Positions 17,933 to 26,738 are shown, counted from the first letter of the stretch. The stretch is 64,000 nt of DNA from an uncultured Sterolibacterium sp. (GCA_964437515.1 CAYTHB010000005.1:3814-67813); one strand, 5' to 3'. Translations and numbers: made by a program. Notes: generated from the sequence alone by a model not told the origin.

Positions 17933-20020
17933 TCAGGCGACCTGGCGGCTGGCGTCGTGGACGAGTTGCAGGTGGGTGGTGGGGCGTTCGACGGGAAGCG
18001 CTCGGAGGGTGCGGGCAGTGCTGAAGCCGTCGATGAGGAATTCGCCGAGTTTGATGATGTTGGGATGGGCGGCGGTGGCGGTGATAGTGACTCCGGGGCC
18101 GATGAGGATGGGGTAGGCGAGTTCGGCGGTCAGGGCTTGCAGGCGGGTGGCGAGGGTGACGGTTTCGCCCAGGACGGCGTGGGTGCGACGGACAGCGGGG
18201 CCGTAGGAGCCGATGAGGACGGTGCCGCTTTCGATGCCGATGCCTAGATCGAGTGGCGGGGTTTTGTTGGAGGCGATGTCGATGCGTGGGAGCTGGGGTT
18301 CGCAGGCTTGCCAGAGGGCGACGGCGGCTTCCAGGGCGCGTGCGTTGTGATTTTCGCAGGGGGTGGAGCCGTTCCAGGTGGCGAGCAGGCTGTCGCCAAC
18401 CATTTGTTCGAGCACGCCACCGTGGGCTTCGATGACGCGGCTGGCGGTGGTGAAGAAGAGGTGCAGCACCATGGCGGTTTCTTCGGGGGGGCGGCCTTCG
18501 CAGTAGGCGGAGAAGTTGCGCAGATCAGCATAGAGTACGGTGGCTTCGCGGCGGGTGGCGCGTACTTGTGCGCTGGGTTCGTGCAGGGCGACTTCGCGGG
18601 CGACGGCTTCGGGCAGGTAGCTGGCGAGGTTGCGATAGAGCATGCTGCGTTCGTGACGTGTGCGGGCGAGTTCGGCCACGCCCAGCAGGCTGGCTGCCAG
18701 CAGGAGGTAGAGACCGGGGATGCTCCAGCCGAGCCAGAGGTGTGCCTTGAGCAGCAGCAGGATGCTGGTGGCTTGTAACGCCAGGATGAGCAACACCGCA
18801 CCGATGGGCAGCAGCAACACGTTGCCTTGCTGGTTTTTTGAGCCTTGTAGGAAGGTGTTACGGCGCAGGATTGCGAGGAGGAGCAGGCTGCCGATGAGTC
18901 CCGCTAGCCACGGCCAGAGTGCGGCGCCGCGTGGGGCGTAGGGGCTGCGTTCATCCAGCAGGGCCGAGAGGAGCTGGGCGTGGACTTCGACACCGCTCAC
19001 GGCACGTCCGAGTGGGGTGGGGACGGCATCGCGTGCGCCAAAGGCGGTGGCACCGACGAGTACCCATGCGCCGCGCAGCAGTTCTGCCGGTGCCTTGTCT
19101 TGCAGGATGTCGATGGCTGAAATGGCGATGAAGCCGGTGCGGGGAATCTGGTAGGAGACGCGTAGCTGGCCGGTTTCGTTCAGCGGCAGACGCAGTGCGC
19201 CCATGTCGAGCCACCAGGCGGGATCGAGCAGACCGGTGCCGCGATGCAGGGCGGGTTGTACTGCACCATCATTGGCAGCCAGGAGACCGGCGAGCGTGAG
19301 GGTGGGATAGGCTTGGCCGTCGTAACAGACGAGAGCGGGGACGCGACGGATGGTGCCATCCGGATCCACTTGGGGGGTGATGTGACCGGCGCGTGCCGGC
19401 GTGCCAGGAGGCAGGGCGATGTCGCTGCCCATGTAGCCGTAGGCGCGTTCGCTGGCTTCGGGACAGCCTGTTGCGGCTTGTGCGAAGGCGGAGAGGAAAC
19501 CCGGCGCGCCCAGTAGTTGGCCGCTACGGACGCGCGGCTCAGGTTGAAGGGAAAATAGCTGTGCTTGTACGGTGGGGATGGGGCTGGCGAGTGCGCGGGC
19601 GAGTCGGGCATCGTCGCGGCTGTGGCCTTCAAAAAGGATGTCGAGCATCTTGAGCCCGACACCGGCCTGATCGAGTTTTTCGAGGAGTTCGGCCTGTTTT
19701 GCGCGTGGCCAGGGCCAAGCACCAATGGCGGCGATACTTTTTTCGTCGATATCGACAATGACGACGCGACGTTCCACGGCGTGAAGGTCGGCCAGAGTCC
19801 ATGAAAAGCTGGCGATGCGTTCATCCCATTGTTGCAACTTATCGCCCGCGACCATGACGATCAGCATCGTCAATAGCATTGCCACGCCGAGCATCGCCAG
19901 ATGCAGCCATCCGGGCCTGCGCAGCAGCGCGGCGAGCGCTGGGGCGATGCGTGCGGGAGGGGTTGGGGTGGCCATGGGCGGGGGAATGAATGTGAATGCG
20001 TGCGTAAATGGCCGAATCAA
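17933..20020 (-). CDS. CHASE2-domain membrane sensor fused to a class III adenylate/guanylate cyclase
   Basis: 695 aa. N-terminal TM plus periplasmic CHASE2-like region, three or more TM helices, C-terminal cyclase domain (ATVLYADLRNFSAY...VGDSLLATW...GIESGTVLIGSYG...GETVTLATRLQ). Start is TTG 20020 (4-nt overlap with the FecR-gene stop) or ATG 19975. Confidence 0.85.
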   Translation of the reverse strand: MIRPFTHAFTFIPPPMATPTPPARIAPALAALLRRPGWLHLAMLGVAMLLTMLIVMVAGDKLQQWDERIASFSWTLADLHAVERRVVIVDIDEKSIAAIGAWPWPRAKQAELLEKLDQAGVGLKMLDILFEGHSRDDARLARALASPIPTVQAQLFSLQPEPRVRSGQLLGAPGFLSAFAQAATGCPEASERAYGYMGSDIALPPGTPARAGHITPQVDPDGTIRRVPALVCYDGQAYPTLTLAGLLAANDGAVQPALHRGTGLLDPAWWLDMGALRLPLNETGQLRVSYQIPRTGFIAISAIDILQDKAPAELLRGAWVLVGATAFGARDAVPTPLGRAVSGVEVHAQLLSALLDERSPYAPRGAALWPWLAGLIGSLLLLAILRRNTFLQGSKNQQGNVLLLPIGAVLLILALQATSILLLLKAHLWLGWSIPGLYLLLAASLLGVAELARTRHERSMLYRNLASYLPEAVAREVALHEPSAQVRATRREATVLYADLRNFSAYCEGRPPEETAMVLHLFFTTASRVIEAHGGVLEQMVGDSLLATWNGSTPCENHNARALEAAVALWQACEPQLPRIDIASNKTPPLDLGIGIESGTVLIGSYGPAVRRTHAVLGETVTLATRLQALTAELAYPILIGPGVTITATAAHPNIIKLGEFLIDGFSTARTLRALPVERPTTHLQLVHDASRQVA

Positions 20021-21336
20021 CGACCCCAGAGCGTGGCACCGGTCAGCACGCCATTTCCGATCGGTTTGCGGAACAGGTAACCGGCTTGTTTGATGTCCAG
20101 TGCGACGGCGCCTGCTACATGTGCGTCAGAAGTCTCGGGGTTAGCCATGAACAGGCCTGTTTTGGCGTCGAGCGTGCCGCTGGCGGTGAGGGTTTGTGCG
20201 CCGACTTCTGTCGTATTGAGTGCCAGCTGAGTCTGGAAGGTGTGATGGGTGAAGTCGATGCCCAGCTTGCCGCTGGTGACGCTGGCCGGTGTGTGATCAT
20301 TGCCGGTGTTGCGGTAGGCGGCGGAACTGTTTTGCAGATTGAAATTCACGGTGCCCGAGGTTCTTTCTAGTATGTTCGGCACGTTTTCGTCACGGAACAG
20401 GAAGTAGTAGCCGTCACCCATGGTGACCTGCCGACCTGACATGGCCTGCGCAAAGGCGACCGTCAGGGTTTCGTCCAAGCGGGGGTCACGCGCCCAGCGT
20501 CCCCAGATCAGACTGTTTTTGCTCGCCAGGACATTGAGGACGGATTCGGGGCTGCGACTGTCGGCCACGGCACTGCCTGATGTATTGGAAGAACCCGCGG
20601 GATTGGCATTGCTGAGGTGCTCTTGCATCAGCAGGGGGGTGATCTGGTCTGTACCTTTGAGGGATTTGATCGGTTGCAATACGGGTTCGGGTGATGTGGT
20701 GCGATACACGAGTGCCATGCCGTTCATCTGGCTGGAAAGCTCACGCGAGCGATCGGTCTGGCAGACACCGAATCCGGCAGCACTGCACGCGCCATCCAGC
20801 GGTGTGAGCACGATGGCACCTTGATTGACGAGTACGATGGCACCGTGGGCATTGGCTTGTGTGACGAAGTCCGTTCCCCGGACGCCAATCGCCACCAGCG
20901 GGGTGTTCAGGCGAAATTTGTCGCGAGCGGATTGCGCGGCATGACCAGAAATTTCACGCACCGTACCGTTTTCGAGATAAAACTTGACGAGTGAATCTTC
21001 AGGCTTTTCCGGGGAGTAGCGGTATTCCTGCACATGCAGGGTCGAACCGGGGCGCACACTCACCAGTGCGCCGTCGATGAACCGGATATGGACATGTCCG
21101 CTGGCCGTCGTCCGGATGATGTCGCCCGCAGCGATATCCGCCCCTTTGGCAAGAGTTTCATTGCGTCCACTGCGCTGAACTTCACTGCTGCCGATGCTGA
21201 GCGTTACCTTGCCGATGCTCGGGACTTCGACCGCATGCGCGGGCACAGACAGCGCGTATGTCATCAGGGTGATGCAGAGCAACAGGAATGACAGGCGATT
21301 GAAGGTAAAAGATGAACGAAGTGTCTGTGTCTTCAT
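20017..21336 (-). CDS. Secreted FecR-domain protein
   Basis: 439 aa. Signal peptide (LLLCITLMTYALSVPAHA). FecR-like beta region (GDIIRTTASGHVHIRFIDGALVSVRPGSTL...NTPLVAIGVRGTDF). Long uncharacterised C-terminal half. Confidence 0.75.
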   Translation of the reverse strand: MKTQTLRSSFTFNRLSFLLLCITLMTYALSVPAHAVEVPSIGKVTLSIGSSEVQRSGRNETLAKGADIAAGDIIRTTASGHVHIRFIDGALVSVRPGSTLHVQEYRYSPEKPEDSLVKFYLENGTVREISGHAAQSARDKFRLNTPLVAIGVRGTDFVTQANAHGAIVLVNQGAIVLTPLDGACSAAGFGVCQTDRSRELSSQMNGMALVYRTTSPEPVLQPIKSLKGTDQITPLLMQEHLSNANPAGSSNTSGSAVADSRSPESVLNVLASKNSLIWGRWARDPRLDETLTVAFAQAMSGRQVTMGDGYYFLFRDENVPNILERTSGTVNFNLQNSSAAYRNTGNDHTPASVTSGKLGIDFTHHTFQTQLALNTTEVGAQTLTASGTLDAKTGLFMANPETSDAHVAGAVALDIKQAGYLFRKPIGNGVLTGATLWGR

Positions 21337-21451
21337 GGAGCAGGTCTCCCCGGTAAAGCATTCTTATGGAACATGTTGCTTTTCAGCCGACTTTCAAGAA
21401 ACAAAAGCCCGGCAATATAGATAAAGTATAAATGATGAGCTTTTCAGGCGA

Positions 21452-21467
21452 TGTGCGTCTGGTCACA
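21452..21467. promoter_or_regulatory. CRP-type palindrome TGTGC-N6-TCACA upstream of the FecR/cyclase operon
   Basis: TGTGCGTCTGGTCACA matches TGTGA-N6-TCACA at 9 of 10 positions. About 115 nt upstream of the FecR-gene ATG (21336) and about 90 nt downstream of the crp-family stop. Confidence 0.45.
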
Positions 21468-21558
21468 AATGAAATTTTTCTTTTACCAATCGATCAAGTC
21501 CGCCAGCGGGCAAATCGCTGCTTATCCCCCACGAGGAGGGAGGATGATTGAGCTGCCT

Positions 21559-22260
21559 TCAGGATGCTTTGGGAGGCTCGATTTTTCCTTCGGCAACATC
21601 TTCCAGATAACGGACTTCGGTGACTTTCAGGCTGTTGCCGTCTCGTTCCACGACCCCGCGTGTTTGTAGTACCTGAAAAATCCGTGTGACGGTTTCGCGG
21701 CTGGTATTCACCATGATGGCGATTTCCTGATGGGTGGGGGCGTTGATAATGATGACCTGTCCGTTGGGCAGGGAGATTGACAACTGCATGAGCTGGGCAC
21801 ACACGCGTTGCGCCGGGTTGGGCATTCCTAGCAGGATGCGCTGGGCAGAAACAGCGCGTACACGTTGGGTCAGGCGGAGCAGTACGGCTTCGGTGATTTC
21901 GGGGGAACGGATGATGAGCTGGCGCGCTTCTTCGGCGGGCAAAAAGAGCACACGCGCCCGTGCGACTGCAATGACGAAATCGGGGCGGGGTTGCCCGTCC
22001 AGGACAGACATTTCGCCAAAATAGTTGCCCGGCTCGACGAAATACAAGCCGACTTCGCGACCATCGAGGGTGAAGTCGACGCCTTGCAGACGGCCTTCGA
22101 TCAGAAAACACAGGGCTTGACCGACATCACCCTTGTTGAATACCACTTCACGACGCGCAAAGCTGCGTTCCGTCATCCGGCTCGCAAGCTGCCCCCTCAC
22201 CTCTTCCGGCAAGGTCTGAAGGAGCGTCAGCTCTTTTAGCAGGTCACTTGAAATGGTCAA
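21559..22260 (-). CDS. Crp/Fnr-family cNMP-binding transcription regulator
   Basis: cNMP-binding fold (FGEMSVLDGQPRPDFVIAVARARVL). C-terminal HTH with recognition helix SRETVTRIFQVL, close to E. coli CRP SRETVGRILKML. Start uncertain: TTG 22260 chosen because the codons upstream (MYFTL) belong to repeat copy 4. Confidence 0.8.
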   Translation of the reverse strand: MTISSDLLKELTLLQTLPEEVRGQLASRMTERSFARREVVFNKGDVGQALCFLIEGRLQGVDFTLDGREVGLYFVEPGNYFGEMSVLDGQPRPDFVIAVARARVLFLPAEEARQLIIRSPEITEAVLLRLTQRVRAVSAQRILLGMPNPAQRVCAQLMQLSISLPNGQVIIINAPTHQEIAIMVNTSRETVTRIFQVLQTRGVVERDGNSLKVTEVRYLEDVAEGKIEPPKAS

Positions 22261-22271
22261 TGTTTTGTTTT

Positions 22272-22490
22272 TTAGCGTGAAATACAAAAATCAGAGTCGC
22301 GTTGAAGCTTCGAGCGTAGCGAGCAAATCAGTAGCCGCCCCTTGAGGGGGCGCAGGCGGGGTTTCACGGAGCACTGCTCCGTGCCGCCGAAGCCGGACGG
22401 CTGTGCAAAGCCGTCCGTGGGGGATGGGTGGGCGTATCGGGTAACGATTATTTCATCCTCTGCGGTGGAGATGGTCACCATGATCGTTAG
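22272..22490 (+). repeat. Interspersed structured element, copy 4 of 6 (219 nt; same nested 70-nt insert at 22353-22422)
   Basis: TTAG|CGTGAAATACAAAAATC... ...CACCATGATCGTTAG. The insert matches that of copy 3 apart from a single T/C difference at its second base. Shares the GCGG..GGTCACC variant with copy 1. Confidence 0.9.
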
Positions 22491-22549
22491 GTTGATTTTT
22501 GTGTGAAACGTCAGGGGGTAAATCTCTCTTCTGGTCTGGCCTTACCCTA

Positions 22550-22898
22550 CCACCCCGTCCGGCTTCGCCGGCCACCCCTCCACAGGAGGGGAATTATTCG
22601 AGGTTGCTGTCGCCGTCTGCGTTATACGTCGTGTGGGTCTTGTCTTCGTTGGAGGAATTATTCGGGATTGCTGTCGGATGTTTCGCTTTGGAGGAAGGAA
22701 TTTTTCAGTGATCGTGTGAACTTCTCTTTCGCTAGGAAAACACTGATTCAATCCGTTCGTCCTGAACTTTTCGAAGGGCATTCTTTGGTAATACAGGAGT
22801 TTCAAATCAATCAGCGTTTCCTGGTGAAGAACTATTTACAGCGGACGCTTAAAATTCCCCTCCTGTGGAGGGGTGGCCGGCGAAGCCGGACGGGGTGG
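22550..22898. repeat. Perfect 46-bp inverted repeat (22550-22595 / 22853-22898) enclosing 257 bp with three direct GGAGG-AATTATTCG-type repeats
   Basis: Arms CCACCCCGTCCGGCTTCGCCGGCCACCCCTCCACAGGAGGGGAATT and its exact reverse complement. Each arm contains two small hairpins (CCGGC-TTC-GCCGG; CCCCTCC-ACA-GGAGGGG). Direct repeats start near 22584, 22650 and 22689. Confidence 0.85.
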
Positions 22899-22962
22899 TG
22901 CGATCCGACGGAGTCGTGCAACCGAACGGTGTAGTCTTTACAACAAATCTTACCCCGCAAAG

Positions 22963-22998
22963 CATAAGCCCGAGCCACATTCATGACCCGGGCTTATG
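22963..22998 (-). terminator. Hairpin downstream of the DUF1329 gene (possible terminator)
   Basis: CATAAGCCCG...CGGGCTTATG, 10-bp perfect stem, 16-nt loop, about 75 nt past the stop at 23075. Only a weak U-tract on the minus strand. Confidence 0.4.
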
Positions 22999-23074
22999 TT
23001 CAAGCGTTTGTGTTTTGCTAGCCTTTGTTGCGCTTTACGAAATTTAACAAGGGCTTGCAAACATCAATGAGCCA

Positions 23075-24460
23075 TCAATAACCAGCGGCCTTCATGTTGT
23101 CATTCGAATAGTAGTCGGGATTGGCGTATTCTGCACCCGGTTTGTCGATGACGATGAAGTTGGGCTTACCTTGCATGAGGTCGAAGGCAGTGTATGTGCC
23201 AGCAGACAAATCGTGATAGTAAGCACTACCTTGCGTGAAGGCTTTGGGACCGGGCATGTAAATATTATTTACCCAGTTATAACGCCACAAGCTGCCTTTG
23301 GCATCGTAGATGTCCGACATGACATACAGCCAGGTGTCTTCATCGGCATACACGGTGCGGTTGGTGTAGAGGTGACGATAGCCGTCTTTCAGTTTGCCTT
23401 CCAGCACATAGACGCGGTGCAGTTCCCAGCGCACGAAATCGGGATTTTCGTGGTGGGGCTTGAGCAGATTGGCGTATTTGTTGGCTCCGGCATCCTTGGC
23501 TTCGAGGCGGAAATTGTTGTACGGAATGTACATTTCCTTCTTGCCGACCAGCTTCCAGTTGTAACGTTCAGCCGAACCGTTGTACATGCGGACTTCATCC
23601 ACGGTGACGGTGTTCGAGGTCGAGGGAATCGGGCTGTCGAAACCAAAGCCCGGTGCCTGACGCACGCGACGTACAGCGGGGATGTATTGCCAGGCCAGAC
23701 GGGCATCGGCTTCCTGCGTGAAGTTGTCGATGGTCTTGGTCACTTCGCCCTTGTTGCGCTCAGGCATCAGGGTGATGAAGCGGACATAAACGGAATTGCC
23801 TTCGGACTTCTGGCCGCGCAGCTTGGTATCGTTGCGACGCGAATACTGCGCCATTTGCTGCTCGCCCCAAGTGATGTTGCCATTGGGGTAGATCACGGCG
23901 GCATCTTCGTCACGATATTCCACGCTGGGCAGGGTGGGGAACATGCCGTTCCAGACGGCTTCTGTTCCAGACTTCGGGAAGGGGAAGGGAATCGCACCCA
24001 TGGCGTAGTTGTTCAGCTTCTTGCCATCGGCGGCGATTTCGGTTTCCGCACCATTCTTGGCAATGACCTTGCACACGGAGTCATCGTAACGGAAGTCACG
24101 GTGCGAGGGATAAACGTTCATCTTGAAGGTGGGATATTTCTTGAACATCGCCTTCTGGCCTTCGGAGAGCTTGTCACCATATTTCGCCATATTTTGTGTC
24201 GTGATGGTAAACAAGGGTTTTTCGCTGGCGTAAGGATCGGTTGGATGCTTGCCGATTTCTGCCGTCATGCCGGGGGCGGCACCCAGCCATTTCCCCGTGT
24301 ATTCGGCCACCCCACCGGCGGTACCGGCTTTTTCAGCCCCCACACAAGTGAGTTCCTTGCCCAGCTTGGCTAGTTCTTCATGTGTACTCTTGGCCTGTGC
24401 TGCGCCGACCAGACCCACTGCCGCAACCAGGGCGGCGATTATCTTCTGCGTATGCTTCAT
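23075..24460 (-). CDS. DUF1329 family periplasmic/outer-membrane-associated protein (LolA-like fold family), paralog 1
   Basis: Start at MKHTQKII with signal peptide ...VGAAQA. Family-typical YPSHRDFRYDD, AWQYIPAVRRVRQAPGFGFD, FVRWELHRVYVLEG. Downstream partner of a DUF1302 gene. Confidence 0.8.
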   Translation of the reverse strand: MKHTQKIIAALVAAVGLVGAAQAKSTHEELAKLGKELTCVGAEKAGTAGGVAEYTGKWLGAAPGMTAEIGKHPTDPYASEKPLFTITTQNMAKYGDKLSEGQKAMFKKYPTFKMNVYPSHRDFRYDDSVCKVIAKNGAETEIAADGKKLNNYAMGAIPFPFPKSGTEAVWNGMFPTLPSVEYRDEDAAVIYPNGNITWGEQQMAQYSRRNDTKLRGQKSEGNSVYVRFITLMPERNKGEVTKTIDNFTQEADARLAWQYIPAVRRVRQAPGFGFDSPIPSTSNTVTVDEVRMYNGSAERYNWKLVGKKEMYIPYNNFRLEAKDAGANKYANLLKPHHENPDFVRWELHRVYVLEGKLKDGYRHLYTNRTVYADEDTWLYVMSDIYDAKGSLWRYNWVNNIYMPGPKAFTQGSAYYHDLSAGTYTAFDLMQGKPNFIVIDKPGAEYANPDYYSNDNMKAAGY

Positions 24461-24530
24461 GTTATTCAACCTGCTTTCCTCTGATGAAAATGGATGCAAA
24501 AAACGATACTGCAAACGACCTCTCCTGAAA

Positions 24531-24599
24531 CGGCACATCCCCGCAAGAGCGAGGATGTGCCGGGAGCCCTGCGCTTCGACCGGTGAGTTCCGGTCGAAG
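24531..24599 (-). other. Two perfect 10-bp-stem hairpins in the DUF1302-DUF1329 intercistronic spacer
   Basis: CGGCACATCC...GGATGTGCCG (24531-24562) and CTTCGACCGG-TGAGTT-CCGGTCGAAG (24574-24599). Confidence 0.7.
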
Positions 24600-24625
24600 T
24601 TCCTGATAATTACACCGTAATTGCC

Positions 24626-26611
24626 TTAGAAGTGATACCCCGCATTGAGCGAGACAAAATCTCGATCGGCAAACGGATTGAAGTTATGGAAGCGCATGTC
24701 GACTTCACCCAGATAATGGGTGTAGGTCATGCCCACTGACAGGTTTTGCTTGTAGGTAAACTTGGTTTCCGCGCTGACCCGCCCCGAGTTCTTGCCCGTC
24801 AAGCCGCTGTTCCACGAACCTGCCGAGGGGCCGGCACCCACCAGTTCACGCCAGTAAAAAATGGGGATATCCAGCGACCATTCTGGCCACGGAGTGTAAG
24901 ACAGCTCCAGACGCGCCCCTGTGGCCACCCCGGTCTTGTCAAACATCAGGGATGTCGGAATTCTCCGTACATCCGAAAGCAGGGGGGTCGGTCCCCACAG
25001 GGTGCTCATCAGAGGGCCAAATACGGCCGGTGTCAGTGCCGGATTGGGGTTGTAGTAGGGCTGGTCATAGCCTAGCAAATGCTGAACCGCCATTTCCAGT
25101 GCTAACGTGGCTGTTTCCGCACGGGTCACGCCGCCCAGGAACTGAGTGCCCGCCCAGGCACGCAAGGCACTGGCATTGACACTGATGGTGCGCCCTTTCG
25201 CCAGATTGTAGTGGTGGTCACCCATGGCAATCGGCGCGCCGCTCCGGTACGCGGTTTCACCGGCGACCTGCCAGTCGCCAAACACCGTGGAGAAGCTCGC
25301 GCCCGTGAGCTTGACATTATTCATGAAGCGCAAGGCGTAGGAGTTCGGGTAAGGTGTGAGGTAGTTCAGCGACATCAGCAGTTCGGCATTGATGTCGTAG
25401 GGATAGCCTCCCGGATTCAGGCTGGAGCTGGCGGGATTGTTGGGGCCCACACCGCTGACGTAGCCTTTACCCAAGCGATAGTAGGTCGTGCCAAAACGGA
25501 ATTCGGGCATCCCGACCGACTCGGTATACCGCAGGTGGTACAAGCCCAGATCGAGTTTGTCGCTCCATTGGTATTTCAGGCCCAGACCCCACTGGTTCCG
25601 GTTGTTCGCGCCGATGTCGGGCAGGCGATACGCGCCGTAATTGCTGATTTCCACCCCCGGAAACATGGGGCCGAGCATGGGGCCCAGAAAGCTGTTCCAG
25701 GCCTTCCATTCAAATGCATTTTGATAGAAGCCGCCGGGGCCGCTGATGTCATCCGTGCTCCAGTAGGTGCCCACAGGCGCCTGTTCGGTGGAGACAAACT
25801 TGAATTTTTTGTAAGCCATCAGGGTGAGCTTGTCCGTGACACCCAGGGTGCCATAAATCTGCTCGGCCGGTAGAAAGGCTTCTGCGGCGGGAATACCGGG
25901 GGTTTGTCCCTTGATCTGGTCATTGGCATTCATCGATGAACCGATGCCTTGGAACAGCAGCCCTTCACCCCAGTTGACGATCTGGCGACCATAGCGGATG
26001 AAGAGCGGGTACTTGCCGCCTTCACCCAGTTTCCATCGACCCTGCACATAGGCATCCAGCAGGCGGATGCGTTGTCCGGCCAGATCTTCGGCTGTCTGGC
26101 TGTGGTTCCGGGGGGATCCGTTCAGGTTATAGGTTCCGGGAGAGATGCTGGCACCGGGATCAAAAATCTTCTGGTCACGGAAGGCATTGACGCGGACAAA
26201 GGCGCGGTAATTGTCCTTGGTCAGATTGAAATCCATCAGGGCGCTGATGCGGTTGCTGATGGTGCCATGCTTGGCGACGCTGTTATTGCCGTCGTCCGTA
26301 TTCATGCGGGTTTCCCATTGTGTGAACTGGTCAACGGCGCTGGGCCATAGTGTTCCGACCACTTTTCCTTGCGGGTTGACACGCAGAATACCGGGTGTCA
26401 CGGCAATCGCGCCCGGCTCGGAAGGACGGGTATCCATCCGGTTGATGGTCACCGGATCCTTGAGACGCTTCATGTTCGTGTAATTGACCTGCAAGGACAT
26501 GTCCAGCGTCGTGCCGTCATCGAACTTGATCGTGTCAAACGCCAGTGCTGTTCCACATTGCAGTGCCAGCAAGAGCGGCAGCAGTTTCGGCACAGTGCCC
26601 ATTCTCTTCAT
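24626..26611 (-). CDS. DUF1302 family predicted outer-membrane beta-barrel protein, paralog 1
   Basis: Start at MKRMGTVPKLLPLLLALQCGTALA (signal peptide). Alternating beta-strand pattern. C-terminal ...VSLNAGYHF aromatic terminus. Homologous to 28261..29916. Confidence 0.8.
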   Translation of the reverse strand: MKRMGTVPKLLPLLLALQCGTALAFDTIKFDDGTTLDMSLQVNYTNMKRLKDPVTINRMDTRPSEPGAIAVTPGILRVNPQGKVVGTLWPSAVDQFTQWETRMNTDDGNNSVAKHGTISNRISALMDFNLTKDNYRAFVRVNAFRDQKIFDPGASISPGTYNLNGSPRNHSQTAEDLAGQRIRLLDAYVQGRWKLGEGGKYPLFIRYGRQIVNWGEGLLFQGIGSSMNANDQIKGQTPGIPAAEAFLPAEQIYGTLGVTDKLTLMAYKKFKFVSTEQAPVGTYWSTDDISGPGGFYQNAFEWKAWNSFLGPMLGPMFPGVEISNYGAYRLPDIGANNRNQWGLGLKYQWSDKLDLGLYHLRYTESVGMPEFRFGTTYYRLGKGYVSGVGPNNPASSSLNPGGYPYDINAELLMSLNYLTPYPNSYALRFMNNVKLTGASFSTVFGDWQVAGETAYRSGAPIAMGDHHYNLAKGRTISVNASALRAWAGTQFLGGVTRAETATLALEMAVQHLLGYDQPYYNPNPALTPAVFGPLMSTLWGPTPLLSDVRRIPTSLMFDKTGVATGARLELSYTPWPEWSLDIPIFYWRELVGAGPSAGSWNSGLTGKNSGRVSAETKFTYKQNLSVGMTYTHYLGEVDMRFHNFNPFADRDFVSLNAGYHF

Positions 26612-26738
26612 ACGGTCGCCCCAGCCTTTGTTTTCAAGCGTCACGTTCTTTCCCCCTGCGTATTTTTCGTCAAATGCCGTTGTTTTCATTGTTTATGGCA
26701 TGGTGCCCTGCCACATTATGATATGACCATGTTAACTT

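Noticed and set aside
18244-18801. Pro/Ala/Ser/Cys-rich ORFs and Gly/Ala/Glu-rich ORFs overlapping the cyclase gene (for example 18244-18801, 18308-18778, 19180-19824, 17834-18247).
   Set aside because: These are out-of-frame or antisense products of a very GC-rich coding region, with low complexity and no motifs. The CHASE2-cyclase frame explains the region.
22503-22934. 143-aa ORF (and ORFs 22499-22711, 22542-22805) spanning the 46-bp inverted-repeat element.
   Set aside because: They read through both IR arms and the direct repeats, give low-complexity Arg/Cys/Leu-rich peptides, and have no RBS. They are best explained as chance frames in repeat DNA.
23171-24373. Long ORFs antisense to clearly assigned genes (400 aa at 23171-24373; likewise 44172-45368, 47700-48632, 54284-55204, 55542-56273, 50153-50899, 507-1427, 2204-3172, 36036-36752).
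   Set aside because: Each lies entirely inside, and opposite to, a gene with unmistakable family motifs. Their Gly/Arg/His/Val-rich composition is what shadow frames of GC-rich coding DNA produce, and none has an independent start context.
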